Assembly: GCA_030141605.1 (NCBI GenBank)
Contig: JAQGDQ010000584.1
Location: 62,001-126,000 of the forward strand
From: Tubiluchus corallicola
Taxonomy: Eukaryota; Animalia; Priapulida
DNA: 64,000 bases
Direction of reading: 5' to 3'
The notes under the pieces were generated by a model that was given only the letters and a program-made list of their open reading frames with translations, made no database searches and was not told the DNA's origin. Each line of letters starts with the position of its first letter. Position 1 is the stretch's first letter. Position numbers and translations under genes: made by a program. Below are positions 13,574-25,403 of this stretch, in pieces.

Positions 13574-13591
13574 TGTTTCTGTGTGTTTCAG

Positions 13592-13676
13592 GCTTTGAAG
13601 ACGGATTTGGTGCGAACACTTGTGTCCCGGTGTGTGATACTCTGCGAAGATGAAAGCATATATGAGCATGAGCAGG
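13592..13676 (+). CDS. ODR4: ODR-4 homolog exon 8 (ALKTDLVRTLVSRCVILCEDESIYEHEQ)
   Basis: tttcag / GTAGGA, phase 0-1; A.K.D...T...RC..L.ED motif. Confidence 0.92.
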
Positions 13677-13894
13677 GTAGGATGGTTTGTTTTGAAATAG
13701 AAATTATTGAGTCTGCACTCAAGTTCACTTTCGTACGGTGTTACATCTGTTTAGAATGCAGCATTCAGACAAAGCGAGGTTCCTCGCCACGTGAATTTGA
13801 CAAGTAACTCTCGTGTTCAGACTGCAGCGCAAAACTTACTGCGAGTTACTCTTCCACAGTGAGTTTGAGCTGACACTCTCTTCTCTATTCACTG

Positions 13895-14395
13895 CAGTGG
13901 CGGCTCGTCGCTGAAATTAGTGGATGTACTGTTTCAGAAAACTTTTAGCCATTGTTTTAATACTGTGTAAAATGAAGCAATCGTGAAATTTTAATGTTGT
14001 AATTTGTAATTGCAATTTTAAACAAACAAACATGAAAATGTATACATAAACTTGATAAAATCATAAGAGAAAATATTGTTTTCTTACGGGTAGCCTAATT
14101 GTCACTGTTCAAGAATATGCTGCTACACGGTTTTTAAGCACGTGGCAACTGACAACACACACTGCATGAGTGACAGTATTCTTTTTACCTAAAATGCAGC
14201 ATCTCATCTCAACATGTGCACACGGCCGCATGCGCACAACAGCCAAAGACCACATTGCTTGAGCTATCAAGCAAACGGTACTACTCTCACGTGCTCTGGG
14301 CTGTACAAGTAAAAAGAAAGAACTAAAGAAAAAAAGACTTATAGAAGAAAATAAGTGGTGCAGTTGCACATAACCCATACAAAAGCCGCCACATG
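13895..14395. mobile_element. hAT-like MITE nested in another repeat
   Basis: CAGTGGCGGCT ... AGCCGCCAC ends, TTCACTG duplicated on both sides; homologous to 21818-22292. Confidence 0.75.
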
Positions 14396-14951
14396 TTCAC
14401 TGTGAGACGTGTTCATACTAAACGGTTAATCAACTTGCTGCAACTGTCGGAGAGTTTGCAATACTTTTTACTAATTACACGAGATGCTTGTCACACTTTT
14501 ATCACTAAATTCTTCTGACGTTTTTCGTAAACATTGAAATAAGACTCACTTCCACGAAGGGCATAGATAAGTGTGACTGAAAATAATTATAGCAATTCTC
14601 AGTGATTTAATTCAGTTCGTTTTAATGTTAACAGATGTTATTACAGTCTTTGGAATGATTTTCTATCACGATTGTTTTCTAGTTCATTGCGTTGGTAAAA
14701 ATACACTGAACTGCAGGTTTCGAGTTCAAGTCTGTTTATTTTAAAATAAAATAAATCAGTTTTCTGTTTTGACTGTTCCAACTATAACACTTTGATAAGA
14801 GATATGAACTTTAAGAGATAACCTTTTCCAATTAGCCAAACTTTGAAGCAGTTTAAAACCTGCTTCACCAGAGACAGAGTGCATGGAAGACAGAGTGTTT
14901 ACAGAGTGACTGCCCGAATATGTTACCTTTTTTTAACAGCAAAGCGCTTCA

Positions 14952-15495
14952 AGGAAAACCGGGTGACTGTGTAAGCACGAATTCGGAATAAAGAATGCTC
15001 TAAAATATTGAAAGCTACAATAGTTTATTTTAAATCAAAGCTGAGATTAAATAATAATTACCTCGGATACTCAAATCTCGTTAAACTTTCAAAGCTACAT
15101 GCTGCTCAGTGAATCTACTAAGATTGGCAGCGGTGCTTTTTGTCACATTCGCATGGCTGACAAATAGAAGGCGGTACCGTGATAACCATGATCATATACT
15201 GCAGTATTAGTTTCTGACTTCATATGATGTAGAGCCCATTTTTGTGACATCACGCATCTAGGCAGTACTGTAACACTTACATAAATGTGCTTGATGCGCA
15301 AGTTAAGGTTCCTGCCATTGCACAAACTGGTTAGTTTCTTACGTAAGCAATAGCTGTGTTCGGTTGCCGTTAATTAACTTTCTAGGCTAATTATTCAAAT
15401 ATAAGGAACAATTGTTAACTTTTATAGACAAGAAAATGGATTTTTGGACAGTAAATTAAAATGAGATTGAGTCTAAACAATCGTCCGGTTTTTCT
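14952..15495. mobile_element. Kolobok-like MITE (TTCA target duplication)
   Basis: AGGAAAACCGG ... CCGGTTTTTCT; homologous to 33934-34475 and ~55405-55898. Confidence 0.75.
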
Positions 15496-15672
15496 TTCAC
15501 TGAATCTGGAAGCTTTTTTTAACTAGGTGGCTTTCACGAGGTACCTCTTGGTACAAGCTATTATTGAGTCATTGTCCTGGTGGTGATAGTTTTTACAAAA
15601 CAAGAAGTAGGAAATACTTCAGAAAAAAAACAGAGAAATCAATCATCATATAACAGCAGAAACTATTTATAT

Positions 15673-16154
15673 CAGGGGTGTGCAAATTATCTGACCAGTT
15701 GGGCCACATTAAACTTTCCCGCAATTCCTGCGGGCCACAGGCAGTATGATCAAGGAGCCAAGTACAGAAAGACCTAATAACGATTTTTTTGCAGATGACC
15801 TGCGTACATCATTACTACTACACTCAAGAAATTATTTTAGAAGTTATTAAAATTGATATTACAAACCATATATTTCTACTTTCAGGACAGATAGTGGTAA
15901 TTTCATTACAGTGCATATTAGTAATGTGTATCACACAGTCTGTGTAGTACAGTGACATTAAGCTACAACCGTCTTGTAAGGGTTAATGGCATCCGATCTA
16001 GTAGAAAAAACTACCCGCACTATCTTTGGGATCGTGGCACGGACTTCAGCTGGATACACTCAATTAATCACCTGGGCTGCACTTTCATTAGGTTGACAAA
16101 TCTCTTCGCGGGCCGCACAAATTCTCTCGGCAGGCCGCAATTTGCACACTCCTG
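15673..16154. mobile_element. hAT MITE
   Basis: TIR CAGGGGTGTGCAAA / TTTGCACACTCCTG; perfect 8-bp TSD ATTTATAT. Confidence 0.9.
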
Positions 16155-16193
16155 ATTTATATTGTGTATTAAGATTCCTTGTTTATTTCGCAG

Positions 16194-16376
16194 ACCCGTC
16201 CACGGTCCTGGAAACTCCGATGCGAGTGTTTGTCCCTCTGCCTGGCACAAATTTGACTGTCTGTGATTACATATTCAACGGCGAGTCGTCCGCCGACTCG
16301 GTAGAACCGTTTAAAGAGCTACTGGGTATTGACGTCAGCAGTGAGAAAGTGGAATCAGACTGCGAAAGTTTTCCCG
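16194..16376 (+). CDS. ODR4: ODR-4 homolog exon 9 (DPSTVLETPMRVFVPLPGTNLTVCDYIFNGE...)
   Basis: tcgcag / GTAATA, phase 1-1; P.RVFVPLPG.....CDY.F motif. Confidence 0.93.
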
Positions 16377-16585
16377 GTAATATTTACAGGAAAACAGAAA
16401 TAATAAGAATTCAACAGGAAACAAAGTAAAGAAGTTACTGGTTGTTTCCGGTGAAATGCTTAGATCATTTTTTTACTAAATTAGGTTTTATGTTAGGAAA
16501 ATCGCCTCTGAAAACATTTATTTTGATACAAGATTGTAAAAGTTTCTATTTTTACCTTTAATTTGCAGAATACTGAATTTGACTA

Positions 16586-16995
16586 CAGTAAATGCTCGCT
16601 TAACAATGTTAATGCTTTCCAGAAAAACGCCTTTAAACGAAGCCAAGACTTCCATAGAAAGTGATGTAAAAGAATTGAGAGTTTTGTGGGTTTTATTCAT
16701 ATTTCTACTGATCAGTTTCTTTCTGATTGCTTGAAGCCACGTATCTTTCTATAATATCTAGCTAAACTTGCTAGCGGTTCTCTTTCCTTAACTTTGAAGC
16801 CTATATATATAATTATATATACATCTTATTCATATATATATATATAGACAGTTAGCAGTTAAACACTGTGTAGTGAAAGCCAGGCACTGCATGAAGCCAC
16901 CCCTCGAGACAATTTCATGTAGTACTAACCTGGTTGTTATAGCAACAGCTAGGTTGCAGACAAAAAAATCCTTGGTGCAAAAGTTTAAACTTCCA
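16586..16995. mobile_element. MITE family A, inverted partial copy
   Basis: Reverse complement of about 12555-12957. Confidence 0.7.
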
Positions 16996-17256
16996 TGTTT
17001 GGTGGAGAATTAAGTGAAATTAGTTTTGCTTCTGATTGTAAGTCTGTAATGAAATAATAATGTGTAATATATAAATGAGGATGAGACAAACCTAGTACAT
17101 ATAGTTACTACAATGTCTATGAAATTATATGAAGGTTATGTCTTTAATCTTGGCTTTTAAAACAGTCTTTGATTTGATGTCACATAGGTGACATGGTATG
17201 CACATACAGAGAACACATGCATATAGTAAACTGTTCTGTCGTATTATTCGTTTTTA

Positions 17257-17645
17257 TACCCCCCAACAAAAAGTTATGAATGCCCCCCAACAAAAAGTTA
17301 TGAATACCTCCCAACAAAAAGTTATGAATGCCCCCAACAAAAAGTTATGAATGCCCCCCTAACAAAAAGTTATGAATACCCCTCAACAAAAAGTTATGAA
17401 TGCCCCCCTAACAAAAAGTTATGAATACCCCTCAACAAAAAGTTATGAATACCCCCAACAAAAAGTTATGAATACCCCCCCTAACAAAAAGTTATGAATG
17501 CCCCCTAACAAAAAGTTATGAATACCCCCAACAAAAAGTTATGAATACCCCCAACAAAAAGTTATGAATGCCCCCCAACAAAAAGTTATGATTATCCCCC
17601 CCAACAAAAAGTTATGAATGCCCCCCCCCCCCGAACAAAAAGTTA
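17257..17645. repeat. ~24-27-bp minisatellite, ~15 copies
   Basis: Unit C(n)AACAAAAAGTTATGAATR with variable C run. Confidence 0.95.
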
Positions 17646-17778
17646 GTCGCATAAAAACTTGGTGACGGCCCATCCGTTTTATCCATCTTATAATAAAAAG
17701 GTATGCACAAGTTTAGACGCAAACGCAATAAGGCCGTTCAATTCTAGTGGAAATCCACAACATACATTTTTCTTCCAG

Positions 17779-17868
17779 GAGAGGAAGATTTACAGGATGA
17801 GCAGTTGAGTCGTTGCTCCAGCGAAAGCGAGTTGGAAATTGTCAAAAAGCAAGCGAGAAGTTATTTGT
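17779..17868 (+). CDS. ODR4: ODR-4 homolog exon 10 (GEEDLQDEQ...KKQARSYL)
   Basis: ttccag / GTAAGT, phase 1-1, acidic linker. Confidence 0.85.
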
Positions 17869-17993
17869 GTAAGTACTTGACTATCTGTGTCAGAAATATA
17901 CCTATTGAGACGCACAGCTGCTTACGTAGTTAAACAATACTCTACTTGGTTTGTAGGTGGGTTGGTGATAGTTATGTTGTTCGTTTTTTGCAG

Positions 17994-18082
17994 GGGTATT
18001 GATCAGCATTTTAGTGGCCATTGGTGCGGTCGTAGCTTCGTATTTTTACTTGAGAATTCCAGAACATGACGACAAGAAGTAA
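17994..18082 (+). CDS. ODR4: ODR-4 homolog exon 11, C-terminal TM helix and stop (WVLISILVAIGAVVASYFYLRIPEHDDKK*)
   Basis: ttgcag acceptor, TAA at 18080-18082; tail anchor as in ODR4; total CDS 1434 nt = 477 aa. Confidence 0.9.
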
Positions 18083-18443
18083 TTTGCTGCTTATTTTTCT
18101 CCTTTGCTGCTTTTATGTGCAATTCCAAATGACGGAAATGGGAACAGCGATCGCATATGGCACTTCTTGACCATTGCTGATGGTACTTTGATACAATAAG
18201 AGTTCAAGATTTATTTATTTAGCCAGACATTTAAACAAATTGTTAGTGGGACCCTCTACACAACAGAAGCTGAAGATTGATGCTTCATGCTTCTTGTAGT
18301 AATGCCAGTCTCAGTGAAGGGTTGAGAGCTTCAGGTTCCATTATCAGCCACAATGATGTACTAAACATTGAAAACCTTTATGAAAGTTTGAATGTTTAAT
18401 TAAAAGTTAAGATAATTACTGACCTTCTTACGCATATGCCTTC

Positions 18444-18595
18444 TTACGCATACGCATTTGGCTTTTTCATCTGAGATATCATTTCAAAGTCGATGGTTTT
18501 TGTAATGTCACTTTCTACAGATATCATCGACAAATTATTTAGTTTCTCTTGTGAAATCGTTGACTGTAAGTATGTTTTAATCAGTTTTAAAGTGA
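18444..18595 (-). mobile_element. hAT transposase C-terminal remnant
   Basis: LKLIKTYLQSTISQEKLNNLSMISVESDITKTIDFE resembles the end of the hAT dimerization domain. Confidence 0.8.
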
Positions 18596-18696
18596 ACGTG
18601 TGCACGGTGCCCCCTCCTGGCGCAGCTCCCAGTTTGAACAAATCTTTCTAATTATCTTAAAACCGACCCTGATTATAATTACATTCGTTAAAACTG

Positions 18697-18870
18697 TGTG
18701 GCTGTGGGAACCTGTAGTGGCTGTGGAAACCTGTAATGGTAGTGGGAACCCGTAGTGGCTGTGGGAACCTGTAATGGCAATGGGAACCCGTAGTGGCTGT
18801 GGGAACCTGTAGTGGCTGTGGGAACCTGTAATGGCAGTGGGAACCCGTAGTGGCTGTGGGAACCTGTAAT
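18697..18870. repeat. 19-bp minisatellite, ~9 copies
   Basis: Unit GTGGCTGTGGGAACCYGTA. Confidence 0.93.
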
Positions 18871-19776
18871 GACAATGTAAGTGCATAAGTTATTGTAGTA
18901 GCTTTTGGTGGGTTTTATTCGCATTTTATGCATTTGATGTCAAGCCGTAAAGCTTCAGTGATACTAGTAACAGTGCAAACTTCGAAGCAGGTGGATAGCC
19001 GTAATAAGTTTAAAAACAGCCATGCAACTTTGAAGGTGAAGACAAAGGCATTTTAAAACATATCCCAGAAAACTTTCCATACAATCTTGTATTACTGAGC
19101 ATTATACTTAGTTGTTTGAAAGACTTATGTAACTAGAAAAAATCTTAATTTAAAATATTCGCACCAGCTGGTAAAAATATCCCAGTGTGCACTACTGACT
19201 CACCAAACACATTATTGATGTTGATCTTATTGAAAGGATTAAGTAATTTAAGCTTTTGCTTAGTTAATGAAGAATGCGCTAGGAGTGCTCTCAAACTTTC
19301 TGCAGTGTTATCTAAACTTCTCTCAGACTTCTGACAGTTAAGATTGCTGAGCATAACTGTCATTGCTGGAGTTTATTTTTCCTGGTAGCATCATTTCTGC
19401 AAAAGTAAAAAGTACCAGCTTAGAATACTTTAACATTTTTTGCTGGTAGGTGTCGCTACACAGTGCATAAAATACTTTCACTAGCAGTGTTTACTTTCTG
19501 GTGTCTCCATCTATTAAAATTTGTATTGAACTATCAAGAGCTAGTGTGTGTGTGTTTTAAAAACTTAAATGCACAAATGGAAGGATTAGGGGAAAAATAT
19601 GATGACAGTTTTTTTGTGCTTAAAGAATTTTTGCTATTAATATTAAGTTAGTGAACTGCTTTGTTCTTATAATGTTTGTTTACTAATAATCACATTCTAA
19701 TTGTTGATTGGTTGGGTGTAAATATTGATTTATCTGTGACAAGGTTCACTAAGTGTTTGACTGGTTTCATTACTGT

Positions 19777-20191
19777 GGTGCGTTCAGACTTTTCTCTTTC
19801 ACAGCAAACTCGCAAGTGTGAACTGCTTTGCGAGTTACTGTCGGCAAGTTATTGTAAACTCTCCAACAGTTACTGCAAGTTGATTTAATGTCTAGTGTGA
19901 ATGCCTCAGCGAGTTACTCTCGACACTTCTCGCACGGAATCAAGAAGCGAGTGTCAGCTCGTGCTTACTGTAAGAGAGTAACTCACAGCAAGTTTTGCTC
20001 TCTAGTCTCGGATATGCTTGCGAGTTACTTGCTGTGAATAGAGAAGTGAGTGTCAGCTCTCGCTTACTGTCAGAGAGTAACTCACAGCAAGTTTTGCTCT
20101 CTAGTCTCGAATATGCTTGCGAGTTACTTGCTGTGAATCGAGAAGTGAGTGTCAGCTCGCGCTTACTGTAACTCGCTAGTCTGTACGAACC
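19777..20191. mobile_element. MITE (possibly PIF/Harbinger-like) with internal tandem repeats
   Basis: TIR GGTGCGTTCAGACT / AGTCTGTACGAACC; relatives at ~13760-13894 + 14403-14465 and ~52950-53130. Confidence 0.65.
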
Positions 20192-20889
20192 TTTAGTAAA
20201 TGGCTCAATTATGCAGTAACATTCCCTGCCTGAAGTATTCGTCAGTAACTTAAAACGATGTTGCTAATCTGTATTCGTGCCTTAAATGATATTATAAAAT
20301 GAAACAAATTTGTAAGATTACTCAGAAATGAGTTCTTGTTCCTGATTGCTTCAGTGTAAATACAAGGTTGTCACTTTTTTCCACATGCAGTGCACTTATC
20401 TATATCCCATATTATAAGAACCAATCATCCATATCTGGTTAGGTGATGTACTGTCAGACATTTTTCCAGGTTGTTCTGTAGTGTAACTATCTGCCGTGTC
20501 ATACAGATCGTTGAACTATATTATAACGTACCTAAATAAGAGAATAGGCAATATTATATAATCCAGAAACAAATTTTTCTGGCAGATATACTATCCATTC
20601 GCTAACCAGGTATGGTGTTGTTTCACTTCTATTGCAGTACAGTGTTGTTTCACATTGTGGTTTTTAAGCTGTTAGCTTTGTTTCGCAAATGTCTTTTGCG
20701 GAAGCTATAGACCATTTATTACATCATTTTAATGTGTTTGTCCTCTTGTGACAAGTTATGAAAATATAATTATCAGATCATTTTTTTTTCACTTTTTGTA
20801 ACTATGCGTGTCCTACGTTGTTGGTTTAACTTAAGTTTAACCAAATTTTATGAAACTAATTTTACGTTCATTAATTTTCAACTTGAGTA

Positions 20890-21083
20890 CAGTCAAACCT
20901 CGTTATAACGTCCTCCCCCCATTTAACCACCAACGTTGCTTAAATGCCCAAATTTCAGTCAAAACAAAATATCTATATTTGCATAGACATGTATGTATTA
21001 ATACACCTTGTTATAATACCAGACTCGCTTAATGTCAATTTTTTTTGCATTCCTAGAGTGGGAGGTATAGAGAGGTATTACTG
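20890..21083. mobile_element. Short Tc1/pogo-like MITE
   Basis: TA-CAGTCAAACCTC ... GAGGTATTACTG-TA; similar ends at 32505-32873. Confidence 0.7.
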
Positions 21084-21817
21084 TAGGTTAAATTAATTGT
21101 TTTTAATGAATATTAATTGCTTGTACTAAGATATCGACAAATTTACTAGTACAAATTGTAAGCGTTATAAAATTTACCTACTGGTTTTTGAATAGAGTTT
21201 CTTCCCTCGTTGATGTCTCGTTAGGTAATGAAAAGCTTTATTGCGCATCTGCAACGATTGCGTTTTAACGAGATGTGAATTAATGATAATTGGTGGGCAC
21301 TGTGTTGTGTTGTCTTGTGAATATCCATGAACACTGAAGCTTATTCAGGTGTAAATAAAGGTGACTAATATTTGTAATTGTGTTTTCTGTATTTTTTTAT
21401 TATTCACTGACAGTGACTGAATGGGGTGAATGGATCATACAGTTTTGGACAAAACAAACTCGATTTTGATATTACAGCACACAATGCAAATGTGTTACAT
21501 ACGTGCGCTTGCTGTAGTCAAGGCCTAGATTTCATCTAAGGAAGAGGTGGACCTTGTAGGACAACCAAGATCCCGTGCTATGCCACTGTCCAGTGAGTTT
21601 TCAGTACGTGTATTCAGTAATCTAGTGTTCTAATACTCCAGGAGTGGGAAACGCATCAACTCAACCAATCAAAAAGCTGCGATTCGAAGCAGATCAATTA
21701 ATTATAATTTTATGTAATGTGTGTTCAAGTTTTCATTCTGACCAAAATCAATAAAGCAGTAGTAATGCTGATGCCTTCATGAGTTCGAAAATGACATGTT
21801 GAAGTATAGGTCATAAC

Positions 21818-22462
21818 CACTGGCGGCTCATAGCTAATTTTTTAGCCATTGTTTTAATAGTGTGTGAAACGAAACAAACATAATATGTAATTTTAATGTT
21901 GTAAATTGTAATTGTCGTTTTAAACAAAGAAACATACGAAAATTTATACATAAACTTGATAAAATCCTAAATAAATATTGTTTGCTTACGAATAGCCTAA
22001 ATTGTCGCCGTTCAAGAATATGCCGATGCACAGCTTTTAAGCACGTGACAACTGACAACTCGCATTACGTGAGTGACAGTACTCTTTCCACCTAAAGTAC
22101 AGCATCTTATCTCAGACATGTATGCATGGCCGCATGCGCACAACAGCCAAACACCACGCTGCTTGAGCTGTGAAACACACAGTACTTCCCGGACCGCACA
22201 AGTATAGAGAAAAAGCCTTTATATTGAATATTACCCATATTATTAAGTGAAAATAGGGAGTGCTGCTGGCACCTATAAACGAGCTGCCACTGGTCATTAC
22301 TGTATCTGAAATCACATAGTTCAATGTGCAAATACGGGGTGCGGCCATTCCACAGCACTTATGAAAGAGCTGCCACTGGTCATTACTGCATGTAGATCAA
22401 CGTGAAAATAGGGGGTGCTGCTATTCCACAGTACCTATGAAAGAGCTGCCACTGGTCATTAC
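21818..22462. mobile_element. hAT-like MITE with triplicated right end
   Basis: CACTGGCGGCTC ... GAGCTGCCACTG; 8-bp TSD GTCATAAC/GTCATTAC. Confidence 0.8.
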
Positions 22463-23858
22463 TGCATGTAGATCAATGTGAAAATTCGTTTCACTTTTTA
22501 TGGTAAAACAGCTTGGCACTTGTAACAATCACTGATCAAATTCACAGCTTTGGAGAAGTAGCGGCCATGATTACCATGGTTACCATGCATGGTAGCTGCC
22601 ATGATTACAGGACTGCACCAAACAAGGACTGGGATTAACTGCTGTGTTTACCACTGAACTGCTGGTGGCGCCTCGTCACCTGGGGGTGGTTCGGCCCTGC
22701 AGGAACGGGGGAGGAACAGCCTAACAATTAAATACAGCAGAATTAAATAATGCTGGCGACTGTTGCTTGTTAACTTAGAGATTTAAATATTGCAAGACCT
22801 AAACTAACTGAAACAAGATTTTATAGAAAATTGAAGAAAAGCAGGACAAAGAAATAAGCTAATAGAAACTGGTACCTAGCTGTCCGTCTTGCTCCCCATA
22901 TTTATTTTAGAAGTCTACCTGTCCTGCGTCTGTAATAGATATAATGGGATGATGGTATGAAGGAGTTCTGAAGGTAATTGCTAAGACACTAGAATACAGG
23001 TAGAATTCAAGTAGAATACAGGTGAGCTTTATTTACATAAATCATTAATAACACTATACATTGTTCTCTCAGTTTAAGTCACATGCTTACTCAATGATCT
23101 CTGAAAGTCAACTGCCCAGGTAAGTTCTTTCCATGAAGCAAGGAAGCCAGCAATTCAATGAAGGTAAATGTTATGCATACTAGTTCAAGGATGAAAGTTT
23201 AGACTGTATATTTCTTGTGTAGGATTTTTAATGTTTTAACAAGAGAATCTAATAATATGACTAATGATAATAATTAAGAACTAATAAAAAAATAAGATAA
23301 AGAAATCGTGACCTTCACGATAGATGGTGGTGGCGGCGGCAGCAGTGGTGTTAATGATGATGATGATGATGCTCATTATGACCAATTCACAACACAAAAA
23401 ACTTTATAACCATAACAGAAAGATCATAACATATTAATATACAATGATAGGTTTATTAGAATATAGAAAATTTAATGTACACGAAAAAATACTTTGTAAA
23501 TATGTTTTATAATACACGAGCAGTTACACACTTAGTTAAAACTTCTTGCTTAAAAATGAACAAATTAATTAAAAATGCAAAGGCAACCGAACGCAGACAA
23601 CTAGTTACAACAAAACAGGAGAAACTGAACACAAGTTTAAACGAGATTACCCAAAATCCTTTGATAAAAACATCGCGTCGTGCAGAAAAATTTTATGAAA
23701 AATTACGGAGAATAATTTTTAAATAATTAAAATTACATAATGATATTAGTTAATTAATGCAAGGGAAAAACGCGAAGAAATGCCCTAGTTAAAACAAGAA
23801 TGAATACATCGCATTTTACCCAAAATATACAATAACAAAATACAGGCCTAGACAGGTA

Positions 23859-24290
23859 CACTCATATCTCGGTCTGCTGGACATTGCTTTCATGGTTATG
23901 GGAAGAATCGGACGAAATCTGGACCGTTAAAAGTCCCGCATAATGCGGACACAGTCCGTTGCTTCGCCAGCTGACCGACAGTTGGCGGGCCGTCACTTTG
24001 TTTACATCATTACATCAGTGTAACTACGTGTATATCTCTATATATGTGTATATCTCTATATATAAAAATACAGAGTCGATTATGAGTAGTTATTTGAATC
24101 AACTGCCAACAGTTTTTATTTACTTTTGCACAGGCCCGTACTAACTGAGACAATTAGGTGATTGATTCTACACTACCGTGAGTTTAATGTATGCCACCTT
24201 CTGTATTAGCTTAGTATCAGTAAATACGGACAATCGGCAAATTTGGACCGAAGTCTCCCCGCTTTTGTTCCGCAAACCGGGATATGAGTG
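23859..24290. mobile_element. TA-TSD MITE family D
   Basis: TIR CACTCATATC / GATATGAGTG; second copy at 42637-43096. Confidence 0.85.
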
Positions 24291-25403
24291 TATAGAAATA
24301 GAAAACAAACGATCATGCTATGCTTAGGTTATATAAGGCACACAGTTAATAGCAATGGATAAGTAAAAACATCTAAAATCTGGAAATTTACAAATTACAT
24401 TTCATCTCATATGTCAGAAGAGTTCACACAGAGCGGTTCAAAAAGAGTGCAACGATTTGGAATTTCCTATTCTCTAGATGGCAGCACTGCACATTTCATC
24501 TAATATGTCAGAAGAGTTCGCACAGAGAAGTTCAAAAAAGAGCGCAACGATTTGGAATTTCCTACTCTCTAGATGGCAGCACTGCTCGGTGAAGCATAAA
24601 ACAGAGCAGTGTAACAGAACATTCTTTGGTTAACAATTTCAGCAATATATCATACATTAGTCAAATTTAAGCCCAGCAGAGAGCGGGTCACTCAATGCCA
24701 TGGCTGCATGCATACATGCGAGATCAAAATGGAAAATATTATGATTAATTCTACACCTTATAACAGCTTTTATATAACAAGCCTTCAACTCATCAGTATG
24801 GAAAAACCTCGTCAAAACAAACGTTGATGTTGATGGAGTTCGGATACAGCGGACCATTGCTGCCGTCCGTTGTATTCTAGTTACAACAGACAAATCTGCT
24901 CTAACGTTGATGTGGTAGAATGTCCTGGCATGCGGAATGGGACGTCGGGTTGGTGGGGCAATTTACTATGGCTCATGCGTGGCAATCAGAGCAAGATACT
25001 GCCTGGTGTATTACCCATTAACGCCCTCATATTACAACACATGATATAATATAGGCGAGCCGACACGAACAAGAATCCAAGTCATAGATATAAAAAAAGA
25101 CATAAAATATACTAAATTTGGAAACCGATGTCCAATACCAACAATTCCTTTTAGCGAAAATGAATTCAGTGAAAAAATCCAAGAGAATCCAAGTCATAGA
25201 TAGAAAAATATACTAACTGTACGAGAATCGGTCATAGATATAAAATATACATTAATTATACTAAATTTGGATTGCAGGCCTCTATCATACATGAGGGCGT
25301 AAATGGCTAATACACCAGGAGGTATCTCGCTCATAGCAAATTACCCCGCCAGCCAGACGTTCCAATATTGTATATTGTATATCGTACTTTATATTGTGTT
25401 TAA

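Noticed and set aside
17941-17962. AG|GT juxtaposition (TTTGTAG-GTGGGT) suggesting recursive splicing
   Set aside because: Intron is only 125 nt; likely chance
24881-24924. Alternative last ZF exon (GHSTTSTLEQICLL*) via the GTATGA donor near 27630
   Set aside because: Acceptor lies in the arm of a fold-back repeat and the upstream exon has its own stop; cannot be supported
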